Shown: positions 1 through 9,717 of the stretch, in pieces
Position numbering within the stretch: the stretch's first letter is position 1
Layout: each line of letters starts with the position of its first letter
Made by a program: the position numbers and the translations under genes
The notes under the pieces: generated by a model
The model's input: only the letters and a program-made list of their open reading frames with translations
The model's database searches: none
Told to the model about the DNA's origin: nothing
Assembly: GCA_965214055.1 (NCBI GenBank)
Contig: OZ243931.1
Span: 1,583,380-1,647,379, forward strand
DNA length: 64,000 nt
Direction: 5' to 3'
Origin: Candidatus Poriferihabitaceae bacterium
GTDB taxonomy: Bacteria > Pseudomonadota > Gammaproteobacteria > Arenicellales > Poriferihabitantaceae

Positions 1-1671
1 TCTTTCCTCCTCGATTTTCTGTTTGTAGGCCTCCACTCCACCCAGAATCCATTTCATGTCGCTGAAAATCAACCCATCCAGGTCGGTGTCGGTGACCGGG
101 TCGGGTACGCCGGTATAGACGTAGGAAGTTGCGTAGATCAGCAGGTCATGAGCTTGGAAGAACCGAAGTTGCGGTACGACAAGACGGGCCTGCTCCGCGT
201 TTGCGGCCAGAAACAGAAAATCCATATTGTCGTCGCGCCGGGCTGTGAATTTCAGGTTGGTCTTTGCCTGTGCCTGCAAAAGACGGTGTCTGGCAATGCT
301 GTTGTCCAGCCCGAGGAATTTTTGCAGGACCCTGGTGTAGTCGTCAACATCTTTGGGGAAATAACTGTTTTTGACAATCACACCGCCGAGGGCTTCCCAG
401 TAGAACACAAACGCATTGGCCACCCGCTGGCCCCAGGCCGTTTCACTGCGCAGGACACTGGCATTTCTGAGACCATCGGCAAAGGCCTTTTCCGCAATTT
501 GCTGCGCCTCGTCTTCGGGAGAGAGGCTGATGCCGAAAAGGTTTGCATCCTGCTTTTCTTCTGGGACCCCTGCAATGACCAGGGTATCCACTTCGATGGT
601 ATGACTTGAAAGAAGGGATTCAACGGCGGTTCGCCCCAACGGGCCGACGACAAAGTCGGCGCCATCGTCCGTTGCCGCCTGGTAATAAAAGGAAGACAAA
701 GCGGGCTCATTGCCGACATCATAGAGAGTGACCCGGGGTGGATCGGGTTCGAGGCTGTTCTGGTGTGCATCCATGAACCCATCGTAAAAAGCCTGGGCTG
801 CGGGACCATAGGAAGACGTGAGGGGGAGCAGGAGCGCAATCTGCCGGTACCGGGTCAAATCAATGGAGTCAACCGGTTGACTGAACAGGCCCGGGAGGGC
901 TGGATGATGAGGGTAAAACAGGCGCCAGCTGTCCAGGTCCCGGGACCGGAAATCAGGGATGGTGGTTTTCAGGATCTCCACCAGCGCTATCCATCCCTCC
1001 AGCGTCGGTTCGTTTGAATCTTCGCGAAGCATCGACAGGGACAGCGGGCCCATCGCGTCCAGCAGGGAAACCAGATCACGTTGGTTTTTCTCTTTTTCCT
1101 TTCCGGTGGCGAGGGTGTCGAGCTGCAGCATGGTGTCCACGGAATCAAAATGCCTGCCAGTCTCGACCTGGGCGTTGGCCAGGATGGAAAGAATTTGTAT
1201 CCTGGAATCAATGTCCTGTACGTCGTCCAGATGGATGGGATCGAGAAGTAAAATCGCCCGGGGGTGTTGCCCCAGCGAGCTGGCCACCTGGGCACGCAGA
1301 ATTTTCCGGGTAATTTCCTCGTCCGTTGTGAGCGGGTAGGCTTCGAGCTTGTCCAGAGTGGACTGTGCAGCGGTGATCTGGCCCTGTTCGATAAACAGCG
1401 AAGTGGCCTGCATGAGCAACCATGGAACAAAAGCGATATTGGCGTTTTCGGACTGCGCAATGAGTTCGAGGGGGTCATTGGTGGCGAGAACCTCTTCGGG
1501 GTCTCCCAGGGGATGGACGACCGCATCCGGGACTTCTTCGGCGGTATCGGCTTCCCCGGCAATCGTTTCCGGCTCGGTAACCGGTACCGGCGCGCAGCCT
1601 GCCAGGAACAGGGCCATCCAGATCGCGATATGCGATGGAAAATTCAATCTGAAACGGGCAAGGAAGTTCAC
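1..1671 (-). CDS. lpoA: penicillin-binding protein activator LpoA-like lipoprotein (3' end lies beyond the window)
   Basis: I checked triplet by triplet that this minus frame has no stop from position 1 up to 1689. It is missing from the ORF track because it runs off the window. GTG 1671 gives VNFLARFRLNFPSHIAIWMALFLAGCAPVP, a lipoprotein signal with an LAGC lipobox. It continues with a TPR-like helical region and then a periplasmic-binding-protein-like part (GPLGRTAVESL; DFLFLAANAEQARLVVPQLRFFQAHDLLIYATSYVY), typical of LpoA/YraM. Confidence 0.75.
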   Translation of the reverse strand, partial: MNFLARFRLNFPSHIAIWMALFLAGCAPVPVTEPETIAGEADTAEEVPDAVVHPLGDPEEVLATNDPLELIAQSENANIAFVPWLLMQATSLFIEQGQITAAQSTLDKLEAYPLTTDEEITRKILRAQVASSLGQHPRAILLLDPIHLDDVQDIDSRIQILSILANAQVETGRHFDSVDTMLQLDTLATGKEKEKNQRDLVSLLDAMGPLSLSMLREDSNEPTLEGWIALVEILKTTIPDFRSRDLDSWRLFYPHHPALPGLFSQPVDSIDLTRYRQIALLLPLTSSYGPAAQAFYDGFMDAHQNSLEPDPPRVTLYDVGNEPALSSFYYQAATDDGADFVVGPLGRTAVESLLSSHTIEVDTLVIAGVPEEKQDANLFGISLSPEDEAQQIAEKAFADGLRNASVLRSETAWGQRVANAFVFYWEALGGVIVKNSYFPKDVDDYTRVLQKFLGLDNSIARHRLLQAQAKTNLKFTARRDDNMDFLFLAANAEQARLVVPQLRFFQAHDLLIYATSYVYTGVPDPVTDTDLDGLIFSDMKWILGGVEAYKQKIEEER

Positions 1672-2157
1672 GAGGTTGCAGTATCCAAATTAAAGGGCAG
1701 ACATTGATTCCCGAGCATACAGTTCCACAAAAACAGTCGCTTTATAGTATCGCAATCCCCGTTCGGAATCCCGTGGATATTACCCGGAACACGCAAACCG
1801 GATGATATCACTGGTCTTTGCGGGCCTTTACCTGATCATGCCGGTCAGGCGTCCAGACGGAAGCCCTGTTTACCGTACCCACCGGATTTCATCCCTGCGT
1901 GGTCCAGGCAAAGGAGTTTCGCCGTGGCATTGTCGGCCAGGACAGGATGACACCCCGGGGATTTTCGGCAGTAGCCGGGGTTTTGGCAATAAAAACCATG
2001 CAATGGTTTTCTAGGAAGCGGAAGCAGCCTTGTCTTGATTGTCTCCCCGGTCCTCCTGAAATGCCATTCCTTGCCGGAGGCCAGAGAGAAACAACAGGCG
2101 GTGGGAACCGTCATTCACATGTTGTCTTGCCTGCATGGATGCACTAGACTTGTTTTC

Positions 2158-2506
2158 GGGAGTTGGCCAGGCAGTTGCGGCATCACATTCGGTGTCGAGG
2201 AAAGTCCGGGCTCCACAGGGCAGGGTGCCAGGTAACACCTGGGCAGCGTGAGCTGACGGCAAGTGCAACAGAAAATATACCGCCCGGGCAATTCATTTGT
2301 CCGGGTAAGGGTGAAATGGTGCGGTAAGAGCGCACCGCGGAATTGGTAACAATACCGGCAGGGTAAACCCCACCTGGAGCAAGACCGAATAGGGACCCGC
2401 TGGCGTGCCCGCGCCGGGTCCGGGTAGGTTGCTTGAGGCGTCTGGTGACAGACCGCCCAGATGAATAACTGTTCACGACAGAACCCGGCTTATCGGCCAA
2501 CTCCCT
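2158..2506 (+). ncRNA. rnpB: RNase P RNA, bacterial type A
   Basis: Universal core strings are present: GAGGAAAGTCCGGGCTCCACAGGGCAGGGTGCCAGGTAACACCTGGG, GGTAAGGGTGAAATGGTGCGGTAAGAGCGCACC and ACAGAACCCGGCTTATCGGCCAACTCC. P1 closes by GGAGTTGGCC / GGCCAACTCC. Collinear with E. coli rnpB. Confidence 0.95.
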
Positions 2507-2791
2507 TTATCCAGGCGATGAAATGGAGGCTCATTCGGGTGGTTGCGCCACCTTCCCCGGTTCCCGGATGCCCGGTTTTTGGAGTAGTGAATGCAACCGG
2601 CCGGAACCCGGGCAGCGGGGTCATCAGCATGCAGGGTGATTTGACGGGACAAATGTCTCCCAAGGATTGCATCGACAGGAAAAACCGCGCACTATTTGGG
2701 TTTGGACTGCCTGTTACCGTATTTTACCATCATCCCTGTGAAACCTGGAAACGACCACCGCCGGATTGACCTGAGACCGCCTCACGATGTA

Positions 2792-4450
2792 ATGCGCCTG
2801 GAACGCATGGGTTCCTTCCACCAGACAAGGCTCAGTTTCATGCGCGCCCTCCTGCGTTTTCTCAAACAGGGAAACTGGCAGTTTCAACGTACGTGCTGGG
2901 ATGTCGATGTCAGGGGGGTGGGGGTCGCCATTTACCAGGCATCCGGCCCGGGTCACGTCTACTCGCTGATTTGTTTTGCCAATGACCTTCCCGACGAAAA
3001 AAGGTCGGACCGGGTCATTGCGGACGAATGGGACGCCACCTTTGTCCTGTTCGATGGGGTGCCCGAAAAGGAGGAGATTGCAAGACTGCACGGGAATGTG
3101 CCGAAGCAGGAGGCAGGACATTATGCGCAGACCGAACTGGTTCTGTCCCGTGCCAACCGGAGTGTGCGGTTGTTTGAGCATGTGGTGGATTCGTTGTCTG
3201 CAGGACGGCAGCCGGACCTGGAAAAAATGGAGGCCGTGGGCTATCTGATGCGTACCACCGCGGTGTACGGGAATGGAAAGTTTGGAATCAGTGACCGTGA
3301 ACGCATCGCCCACCGACCGGAATTCACCGGGCCGTTCCGGGCGGAACTGTTGTCAGTGTGGTTGATCCGGGCCTTTACCGTGGATATTGCCGAACACCTC
3401 GCGAAGGTGCGGGGCGGCCCCCGGGCAACCGGGCTGGATACTGCAATACGCCGGAGACTCGGCGTCGGCAATGCCACGGGATTGGGAATGGCCCCCTTTT
3501 TGGTGCTGCATCCTGCATTGATCCATACCTGGATCCAGACCAGGGAAACCGCATTGGCCAGGGTGAGAAAAATTGAACGCAGCTCCAGTGAAATTATCCG
3601 GGGTTTCAGCCTCCTGCTTTCCAGGATGATGCTGGGTGTGGAAAGCTGGGGGACTGCCGACCCGCGCCAGCAGAAAAGGATTGAGACACTGAAGCGGGAC
3701 CTGATTGCGCTGGCAGGCTATGTGAAAAATCCGGGATTGGGGGGGTCCTGTCCCTGGAATGCCCTGGTCGACTGGTCTGTGCAGAACCTGTCTCTCGAAG
3801 GCCAGGAGCTGGTGGTCACCCTGGTGATTGAACCCCACAGCGACCTGGTCGACGACCTGGCAGAGGGGATGTCCATTGATGAGTCCCGGTACTTCAGGAT
3901 CAATGGGGCACAGGCCATTTCGGATGCCCTGGAATTTATCCGGGAAACCTATCCCTGGGCGCTGGATATCGATTTTTCGGATCCGGCATCCATGGCCCGG
4001 TTCTGGTATGTTTCCGAGGAAAAACTGGAACCCCGGCTGGGGGAAAGATTTGATGAGCCGGGTGCCGAAAAGGAACACCCCCTGGCGTATGCCCGGGATA
4101 TCGCCAGGCTGTACCGGGATTTGGTGACATTCGTAAAAGACAGTCCGGACAGCCGTTTCATGGCGGAGTTCCTGCTGGCCTGTCCCGAGCACCGGCACGC
4201 GGTGCGCAGAATCCAGGTGGTCAGGCGGTTGCCCTACGCTGAAATCCAGGACAACCTGATCTCACAGGCCATGATGCCCATTGATTTGCTGCGTTGTAAA
4301 TTGTCCTTTTTCGGTGCAAACAAGTTTGACCCGAAATCGGACCGCTGGGTACGGATAAACATGTACCAGCATGCCCCCTTTCCCGATGAATTGTCCGATA
4401 TGGCAGAGGATGACTGGATCTATCCGCCACTGACACCAGGCCAGGGATGA
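2792..4450 (+). CDS. conserved protein of unknown function (552 aa from ATG 2792; the frame is open from TTG 2696)
   Basis: Long uninterrupted ORF with GC-rich third codon positions. I recognise no catalytic motif. Start is uncertain (TTG 2696, ATG 2792 MRLERMGSFHQ, ATG 2807) and no clear SD is present. The next gene follows 16 nt later. Confidence 0.7.
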   Translation: MRLERMGSFHQTRLSFMRALLRFLKQGNWQFQRTCWDVDVRGVGVAIYQASGPGHVYSLICFANDLPDEKRSDRVIADEWDATFVLFDGVPEKEEIARLHGNVPKQEAGHYAQTELVLSRANRSVRLFEHVVDSLSAGRQPDLEKMEAVGYLMRTTAVYGNGKFGISDRERIAHRPEFTGPFRAELLSVWLIRAFTVDIAEHLAKVRGGPRATGLDTAIRRRLGVGNATGLGMAPFLVLHPALIHTWIQTRETALARVRKIERSSSEIIRGFSLLLSRMMLGVESWGTADPRQQKRIETLKRDLIALAGYVKNPGLGGSCPWNALVDWSVQNLSLEGQELVVTLVIEPHSDLVDDLAEGMSIDESRYFRINGAQAISDALEFIRETYPWALDIDFSDPASMARFWYVSEEKLEPRLGERFDEPGAEKEHPLAYARDIARLYRDLVTFVKDSPDSRFMAEFLLACPEHRHAVRRIQVVRRLPYAEIQDNLISQAMMPIDLLRCKLSFFGANKFDPKSDRWVRINMYQHAPFPDELSDMAEDDWIYPPLTPGQG

Positions 4451-4466
4451 CAGGGTTCCCGGAACC

Positions 4467-5114
4467 ATGTTTCGCTCTCTCAATGAAATAGAACAGACGG
4501 TGAGAAAGGCCGTCAGGGGCCGGGGATTGCCCTGGGGTATCGCGGACGAAGCGGGCAAGGCGGTGCGGTGTTTGCATCAGCTGGAATTCGAAGTGACCGG
4601 CCAATTGATCCGGGTGCTGGACGATCCCGATGTCGAGGGGGTGTCCCATCCGCTGCCGCCATGCCGTGACGGGGCCTGGCAATCGAAAAGCGGGAAGCTC
4701 AGCCCCCTGCTGACCGGCCCCAGCCTGTGTGATTTCATGGATCTGGGGGCTTTGGCGAGGGTGGAAATGAGCAATATGGTTTCCCCGGTTTTGCTTGCGG
4801 GTTTTCTTGCAAACGCGGTATCGGGGGGCGGGGATGCCATCCGGTTGAGCTGGTCCGGTGTCCGTATTGAGATATCCTGCAACCGCATCGGAATTCATGG
4901 AAATGCGGAAGGCCTGGGGGCCAGGCGGGGGGACCATGTGGTGTGTGAGCACATTGCCGGGCTGGACAGGTTGCCGGGTTCTGCCCGAACCGGTCAGGTA
5001 TGGGTGGACGATGCGGCCTGGGCCAGGCTGGAACAGTACGCAAAGCGTACCTATGTGGAAGGGACGGAAGCTTCCCGTGCCGGGGCAGGGGCTGGTCTGT
5101 TGGACAACGATTGA
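4467..5114 (+). CDS. DUF3726-like protein of unknown function
   Basis: The 215-aa ORF starts MFRSLNEIEQTVRKAVRGRGLPWGIADEAGKAV, which resembles DUF3726 family N-termini as I remember them. The C-terminal tail is EASRAGAGAGLLDND. Tightly linked to the upstream 552-aa ORF. Confidence 0.65.
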   Translation: MFRSLNEIEQTVRKAVRGRGLPWGIADEAGKAVRCLHQLEFEVTGQLIRVLDDPDVEGVSHPLPPCRDGAWQSKSGKLSPLLTGPSLCDFMDLGALARVEMSNMVSPVLLAGFLANAVSGGGDAIRLSWSGVRIEISCNRIGIHGNAEGLGARRGDHVVCEHIAGLDRLPGSARTGQVWVDDAAWARLEQYAKRTYVEGTEASRAGAGAGLLDND

Positions 5115-5197
5115 ACGAGGGCGGGTACCGGGTCAGGACGCGTTATCCGGCCCGGTTATTCCGGGATGGATTCGTGATGGTGGCTAAGGAGAAACTC

Positions 5198-5758
5198 TCA
5201 CGCACGTTCCTGGTATGCCCCGGTATCGGTGTTCACCCGGATTTTCTCCCCGGCGTTCACAAAAATCGGGACAACAACTGTGAGACCGGTTTCAAGGACC
5301 GCCGGTTTTCCGCTGCCCGACGCCGTTTGTCCCTTTACTGCGCCCTGCGTCTCCACCACTTCCAGCACCACTGAGGTGGGAAGCTCGATTCCGATGGGGT
5401 TGTCATTGTAAAAATTGATCTGCACATCGGTGTTCGGCAACAAATACGGAGACTGCTCCTCCAGGTCCTCAGCCCGAAGTATCCTTTGTTCGTAGGTTTC
5501 ATTGTCCATAAAGACATAATCCTCTCCGTCCAGATACAGGAATTGCATCTGCCTGCTTTCGACGTGGGCTTTTTCCATTTTATCCTCGGAACGGAATCGT
5601 TCATTTAATTTTGTGCCATCGCTGATACACTTCATTTCGAGCTGTACGAACGCCCCGCCCTTTCCGGGTTTGACATGGTTTTTTTTGAGCACACGCCACA
5701 ATTTACCCTGATGCTCCATCAGATTTCCCACCCGGGCATCGAATGCTGAGATTTTCAT
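5198..5758 (-). CDS. efp: elongation factor P
   Basis: 186 aa. MKISAFDARVGNL...HVKPGKGGAFVQLEMK carries the conserved loop lysine, followed by OB domains (FLYLDGEDYVFMDNETYEQ). Confidence 0.95.
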   Translation of the reverse strand: MKISAFDARVGNLMEHQGKLWRVLKKNHVKPGKGGAFVQLEMKCISDGTKLNERFRSEDKMEKAHVESRQMQFLYLDGEDYVFMDNETYEQRILRAEDLEEQSPYLLPNTDVQINFYNDNPIGIELPTSVVLEVVETQGAVKGQTASGSGKPAVLETGLTVVVPIFVNAGEKIRVNTDTGAYQERA

Positions 5759-5847
5759 ATTCTGGTCTGTGTCCTGAAATCGAAAGAATGTACGGAAGAC
5801 TTGGGATTATATAGGGCGGGAAGCTTTAAAATACAGGGAGATTTCAT

Positions 5848-6528
5848 ATGCGAAGAACCATGGTGAATCAATGGCCGAGGGCCTGTTACGATGTTTCGTG
5901 TCGAAAATGCGAACGGTTGGCCAGTTTTCTCGACGAGGTCAAAGCAGAACATCCGGGCTATTTCTGTAAACCGGTGCCCCCCTTCGGGGATGCCAATGCG
6001 GAGTTGCTGATCGTTGGACTGGCGCCGGGAAAGCATGGGGCCAATGCCACCGGGCGCCCCTTTACCGGAGACCACGCCGGGAAGTTGCTGTATAAAACCC
6101 TGTTCGCGTTCGGTTTTGCGTCCCGACCGGAATCCATGTCAGCTGATGACGGACTGACCCTTGTAAATTGTCGAATTACCAATGCGGTGAAGTGTTTGCC
6201 CCCCCAGAACAAGCCGCTGGGGGACGAAGAGAAAAACTGCAATCCGTTCCTGAAGGAGGAAATCTCCGGGCCGGGTGTCCGGATACTGCTGGCCCTTGGC
6301 GTACTCGCGCATCGGGCAATCCTGCGTGCACTGGGGATGAAGTTGGGAAAGTATCCGTTCGGGCACAATCAATGGCACGCATTGGGGGACGGATTGATGC
6401 TGGTCAACAGCTATCACTGCAGTCGGTATAATACCCAGACCAGGCGATTGACCGAGGCAATGTTTTTCGAGGTATTTGAAGACATTGGTCAAAAACTCAG
6501 GGAATCCACTTGTGAACAGAAATTTTGA
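5848..6528 (+). CDS. uracil-DNA glycosylase superfamily protein (family 4/5-like)
   Basis: CRKCERL Cys motif followed by LLIVGLAPGKHGANATGRPFTGDHAGKLL and a C-terminal HCSRYN. ATG 5848 is preceded by CAGGGAG. Confidence 0.85.
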   Translation: MRRTMVNQWPRACYDVSCRKCERLASFLDEVKAEHPGYFCKPVPPFGDANAELLIVGLAPGKHGANATGRPFTGDHAGKLLYKTLFAFGFASRPESMSADDGLTLVNCRITNAVKCLPPQNKPLGDEEKNCNPFLKEEISGPGVRILLALGVLAHRAILRALGMKLGKYPFGHNQWHALGDGLMLVNSYHCSRYNTQTRRLTEAMFFEVFEDIGQKLRESTCEQKF

Positions 6529-8326
6529 TTCCAGGACCTTTTTGCAGGGGGTGGCCGGAATGCCCGGCATCTATATTTTCTATGGTGCTGAAAGGGAAAC
6601 CCTGTATATCGGCAAAGCCCTCAATTTGAAAAAGCGTCTGCAAAGTTATTTCAGGACCAGCGGATTGACGCCCAAAGTCAGCTTGATGGTATCGAAAATT
6701 GTCGAGGTGGAAACGCAGCAGACCCGCACCGAAAGCGAAGCTTTGCTGTTGGAAAACAACCTGATCAAGGACCGGCGACCACGCTACAATATTTCCCTGC
6801 GCGATGACAAGAGTTTTCCCTACATCCGGCTAACTGAATCCGACCGGTATCCCCGGTTTTCGTTTTACCGGGGCAAGCGGTCCTTGCCGGGAAAGTATTA
6901 CGGGCCCTATCCCAGTGCCGCCGCCGTGCGGGAAGTCCTCGGGCATGTCCACAAAATTTTCCAGCTTCGGCAATGCAGCGATGCCTTTTTCAGAAACCGG
7001 TCCCGGCCCTGTTTGCAGCATCAGATCAAGCGTTGCAGCGCTCCCTGCGTGAACCGGATCAGCCCGCAGGATTATCGTGAAGATGTCCGCCAGGCAAAAG
7101 CCATGCTCAGTGGAAAGGATGCCGTGCTTCTGGCAAAGCTAGCTGAAAAAATGGAATCGGCCTCCAACGAGCAGAATTACGAAAGTGCGGCGGTCTATCG
7201 GGACAGAATCGGGTTGTTGCAGCGGATTCGGGAGACACAGTATATTTCGTCCGGAAACCGTGATGCGGATGTGGTGGCTGTGGCAGCGGAATCCGGTTTG
7301 GCGTGTTTCGGAGTGGTATCGATCCGCCAGGGCCGAAACCTGGGTATCCGGTTTCATATCCAGCCCAATGCCCTGGATAAGACACGGTCCGGATTGCTGG
7401 AGGAATTTTTACCGAGAAATTATCTGGGCGCGGCAATTCCCAGAGAGATTCTGCTTGCCGAGCCCATCCAGACAAAGACTTCACTGCAGCAGATATTTTC
7501 CATTGAAAGCGGGAAAAAGGTGGCCATCAAGGACCGTTATCGTGCTGACCGCGCACGGTGGGTGGAATCCGCAAGGATCAACACGCAAGACAATCTGAAC
7601 CGGCACCTGAACGAAAGAAGCCAGATTGATGTGCAGTTCTGTGCGCTTTCTGACCTGCTGAAACTGCAGGAAGTGCCGGAGCGCATAGAATGTTTTGATA
7701 TCAGTCATACCATGGGGGAAAGTGCGGTGGGGTCCTGTGTCGTCTTTGACCGTCAGGGTGCAGTGAAAAGCGATTACCGACGGTTCAATGTTCAGGACAT
7801 TGAACCCGGGGACGATTATGCGGCCATGGAGCAGGTGCTGACACGGCGATACAAGCGGGTACTCGAAAACGATGGAAAGCTGCCGGACCTGGTATTGATT
7901 GATGGTGGCAAGGGACAGCTTGGCCGCGCACAACAGGTGTTTGACGAGATGCAGATATCCGGGCTGGTATCCCTGATGGGAGTATCAAAAGGTCCCGGGA
8001 GAAAGGCCGGGGAAGAAACCTTTCACGTGTCGGGGCAGAGCCGGACAATCAAGCCCGCAGGGACATCCCCCGTATCCCACCTGGTCCAGCGAATCCGGGA
8101 TGAAGCCCATCGGTTTGCCATCACCGGGCATCGGCAAAGACGAAACCGTGCCAGAACCCGTTCGCCGCTGGAGCAAATTGAAGGCATCGGGGAGAAACGA
8201 AGACGGAATTTATTGCGATATTTCGGTGGACTCCACGAAATCCGTCGTGCAGGAATCGAGGACCTGGGAAAGGTGCCGGGCATCAGCCCAACCCTTGCAG
8301 CCAGAATATACAATCAATTTCATTGA
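6512..8326 (+). CDS. uvrC: excinuclease ABC subunit C
   Basis: GIY-YIG N-terminus (PGIYIFYG...LYIGKALNLKKRLQSYF), RNase H-like endonuclease region and a C-terminal HhH pair (IEGIGEKRRRNLLRYFGGL). GTG 6512 (VNRNFDSRTFLQ) matches UvrC N-termini better than the track start TTG 6476. It overlaps the udg stop by 17 nt. Confidence 0.95.
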   Translation: MNRNFDSRTFLQGVAGMPGIYIFYGAERETLYIGKALNLKKRLQSYFRTSGLTPKVSLMVSKIVEVETQQTRTESEALLLENNLIKDRRPRYNISLRDDKSFPYIRLTESDRYPRFSFYRGKRSLPGKYYGPYPSAAAVREVLGHVHKIFQLRQCSDAFFRNRSRPCLQHQIKRCSAPCVNRISPQDYREDVRQAKAMLSGKDAVLLAKLAEKMESASNEQNYESAAVYRDRIGLLQRIRETQYISSGNRDADVVAVAAESGLACFGVVSIRQGRNLGIRFHIQPNALDKTRSGLLEEFLPRNYLGAAIPREILLAEPIQTKTSLQQIFSIESGKKVAIKDRYRADRARWVESARINTQDNLNRHLNERSQIDVQFCALSDLLKLQEVPERIECFDISHTMGESAVGSCVVFDRQGAVKSDYRRFNVQDIEPGDDYAAMEQVLTRRYKRVLENDGKLPDLVLIDGGKGQLGRAQQVFDEMQISGLVSLMGVSKGPGRKAGEETFHVSGQSRTIKPAGTSPVSHLVQRIRDEAHRFAITGHRQRRNRARTRSPLEQIEGIGEKRRRNLLRYFGGLHEIRRAGIEDLGKVPGISPTLAARIYNQFH

Positions 8327-8419
8327 GAGGCTCCAATTTTGCGTCGCAGCTGCGACAGGGTGTGCTACATTGAACAGCCCAAAAAGTTTTGTGACCGGTA
8401 AAACGCCTTCCCCCCTCGA

Positions 8420-8998
8420 ATGCTGAATATCCCGAACCTGCTGACTCTTTTCAGGATTCTGTTGATCCCGGTATTGGTGGTGGTTTACTTTTTGCCGCTG
8501 GACAACCGGGAAATCATCCTCACCGGTATTTTTGTCACCGCAGGCATCACAGATTGGCTGGATGGGTTCCTGGCGCGTAAAATGGATGCGACAACCGCTT
8601 TGGGGGAATTTCTTGACCCGGTGGCGGATAAGCTCATTGTGTCCACTGCACTGATACTCCTGGTCTCCGACCTGAATGTTCTGGATAAGGTCTTTCATCC
8701 GCTGCCATTCGCCGTTGCCGTGTGTATCATCGTCGGACGTGAAATTGTCATTTCAGCACTGCGGGGATGGATGGCTGAAGTCGGTGAAAAGGTGGTGGTT
8801 GCCGTGGGGGTCGTCGGCAAGGTCAAAACGGGCTTTCAGATGGTTTCCATTGCACTCCTGTTGTATGCCATGCCAATATACGGCATCCCCATTTTCAGGA
8901 TGGGCGAAATCGCATTCTATACGGCAGCGATCCTGACATTGTGGTCAATGTGGGTGTATTTGCGGGCAGCCATGCCGTTTTTGCTTGAAAAACTGTAA
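8420..8998 (+). CDS. pgsA: CDP-diacylglycerol--glycerol-3-phosphate 3-phosphatidyltransferase
   Basis: MLNIPNLLTLFRILLIPV... with the CDP-alcohol phosphatidyltransferase motif DWLDGFLARK...DPVADK. Conserved uvrC-pgsA-tRNA synteny. Confidence 0.95.
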   Translation: MLNIPNLLTLFRILLIPVLVVVYFLPLDNREIILTGIFVTAGITDWLDGFLARKMDATTALGEFLDPVADKLIVSTALILLVSDLNVLDKVFHPLPFAVAVCIIVGREIVISALRGWMAEVGEKVVVAVGVVGKVKTGFQMVSIALLLYAMPIYGIPIFRMGEIAFYTAAILTLWSMWVYLRAAMPFLLEKL

Positions 8999-9047
8999 TA
9001 TTCTGAAATTCCGGAATAGCGCGAAGGGATCTTGGAGCGGATTGCTA

Positions 9048-9075
9048 TTGACACGACCATGTGCTTGAATAGAAT
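9048..9075 (+). promoter_or_regulatory. candidate sigma70 promoter of the tRNA operon
   Basis: TTGACA (9048-9053), 16-nt spacer, TAGAAT (9070-9075), 22 nt upstream of tRNA-Gly. Confidence 0.45.
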
Positions 9076-9097
9076 CTACATCCTCCAAAGTAATGAT

Positions 9098-9172
9098 GCG
9101 GGAATAGCTCAGTGGTAGAGCACAACCTTGCCAAGGTTGGGGTCGCGAGTTCGAATCTCGTTTCCCGCTCCA
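9098..9172 (+). tRNA. glyW: tRNA-Gly (GCC)
   Basis: GCGGGAATAGCTCAGTGGTAGAGCACAACCTTGCCAAGGTTGGGGTCGCGAGTTCGAATCTCGTTTCCCGCTCCA folds as a cloverleaf. The anticodon loop is TTGCCAA and CCA is encoded. Confidence 0.95.
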
Positions 9173-9337
9173 GATTCCAAGACCATGGAGACCCGGACAG
9201 GACGGTTGGTGTTGTGAAATGGCAGATGCCTTTTTCGCTGGTGTGGGCACCGTTACAGGATACTTGCCTGCGGATACCAACAGGGTGATTATGTGCAATT
9301 CGTGGAATGTTCGCGGTTGGATTGTCTAACCAAAGAC

Positions 9338-9411
9338 GGCTGAGTGGCAGAGTGGTCATGCAGCGGCCTGCAAAGCCGTTTACCTCGGTTCGATTCCGGG
9401 CTCAGCCTCCA
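9338..9411 (+). tRNA. cysT: tRNA-Cys (GCA)
   Basis: Acceptor stem GGCTGAG/CTCAGCC, anticodon loop CTGCAAA, T-arm CGGTTCGATTCCG, CCA encoded. Confidence 0.9.
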
Positions 9412-9431
9412 TTTGTTTTGTGTATCCATTG

Positions 9432-9518
9432 GCCCGGGTGGCGGAATAGGTAGACGCAAGGGACTTAAAATCCCTCGATGGAAACATCGTGCCGGTTCAA
9501 GTCCGGCCCCGGGTACCA
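9432..9518 (+). tRNA. leuZ: tRNA-Leu (TAA), class II with long variable arm
   Basis: GCCCGGGTGGCGGAATAGGTAGACGCAAGGGACTTAAAATCCCT... with T-arm GCCGGTTCAAGTCCGGC and ending CCCGGGTACCA. Very similar to E. coli leuZ. Confidence 0.95.
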
Positions 9519-9717
9519 TTTGACACTTCCGACAACGTCCGAAGGTGAGCGTTCGGCCGACATGTGATATCAGCAATTATGCGTTCAATTCCCTTGCATT
9601 TCAAATAGGGTTGGAGGCTTGTCAGTATCGTTGATGACCCGCCTCCCGGGTCCGGGAGATCAGATGGAATGGGTCGTACTCTTTGTGGGGAGGTCACTCC
9701 TCCCCTGAAGGAAGATT

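Noticed and set aside
5115-5197. Intergenic hairpins as rho-independent terminators. Also checked 44746-44811, 50734-50801 (CCGGG-cagct-CCCGG) and 59453-59554 (CCGGGTCCC...GGGACCCGG).
   Set aside because: GC-rich stems exist between the convergent genes, but none is followed by a clear T-tract on either strand, so I did not annotate terminators.
9519-9717. Integrase or clear att repeat directly after tRNA-Leu
   Set aside because: No tyrosine or serine recombinase ORF exists anywhere in 9.5-20.7 kb. Only two hairpins and a gene relic are present.
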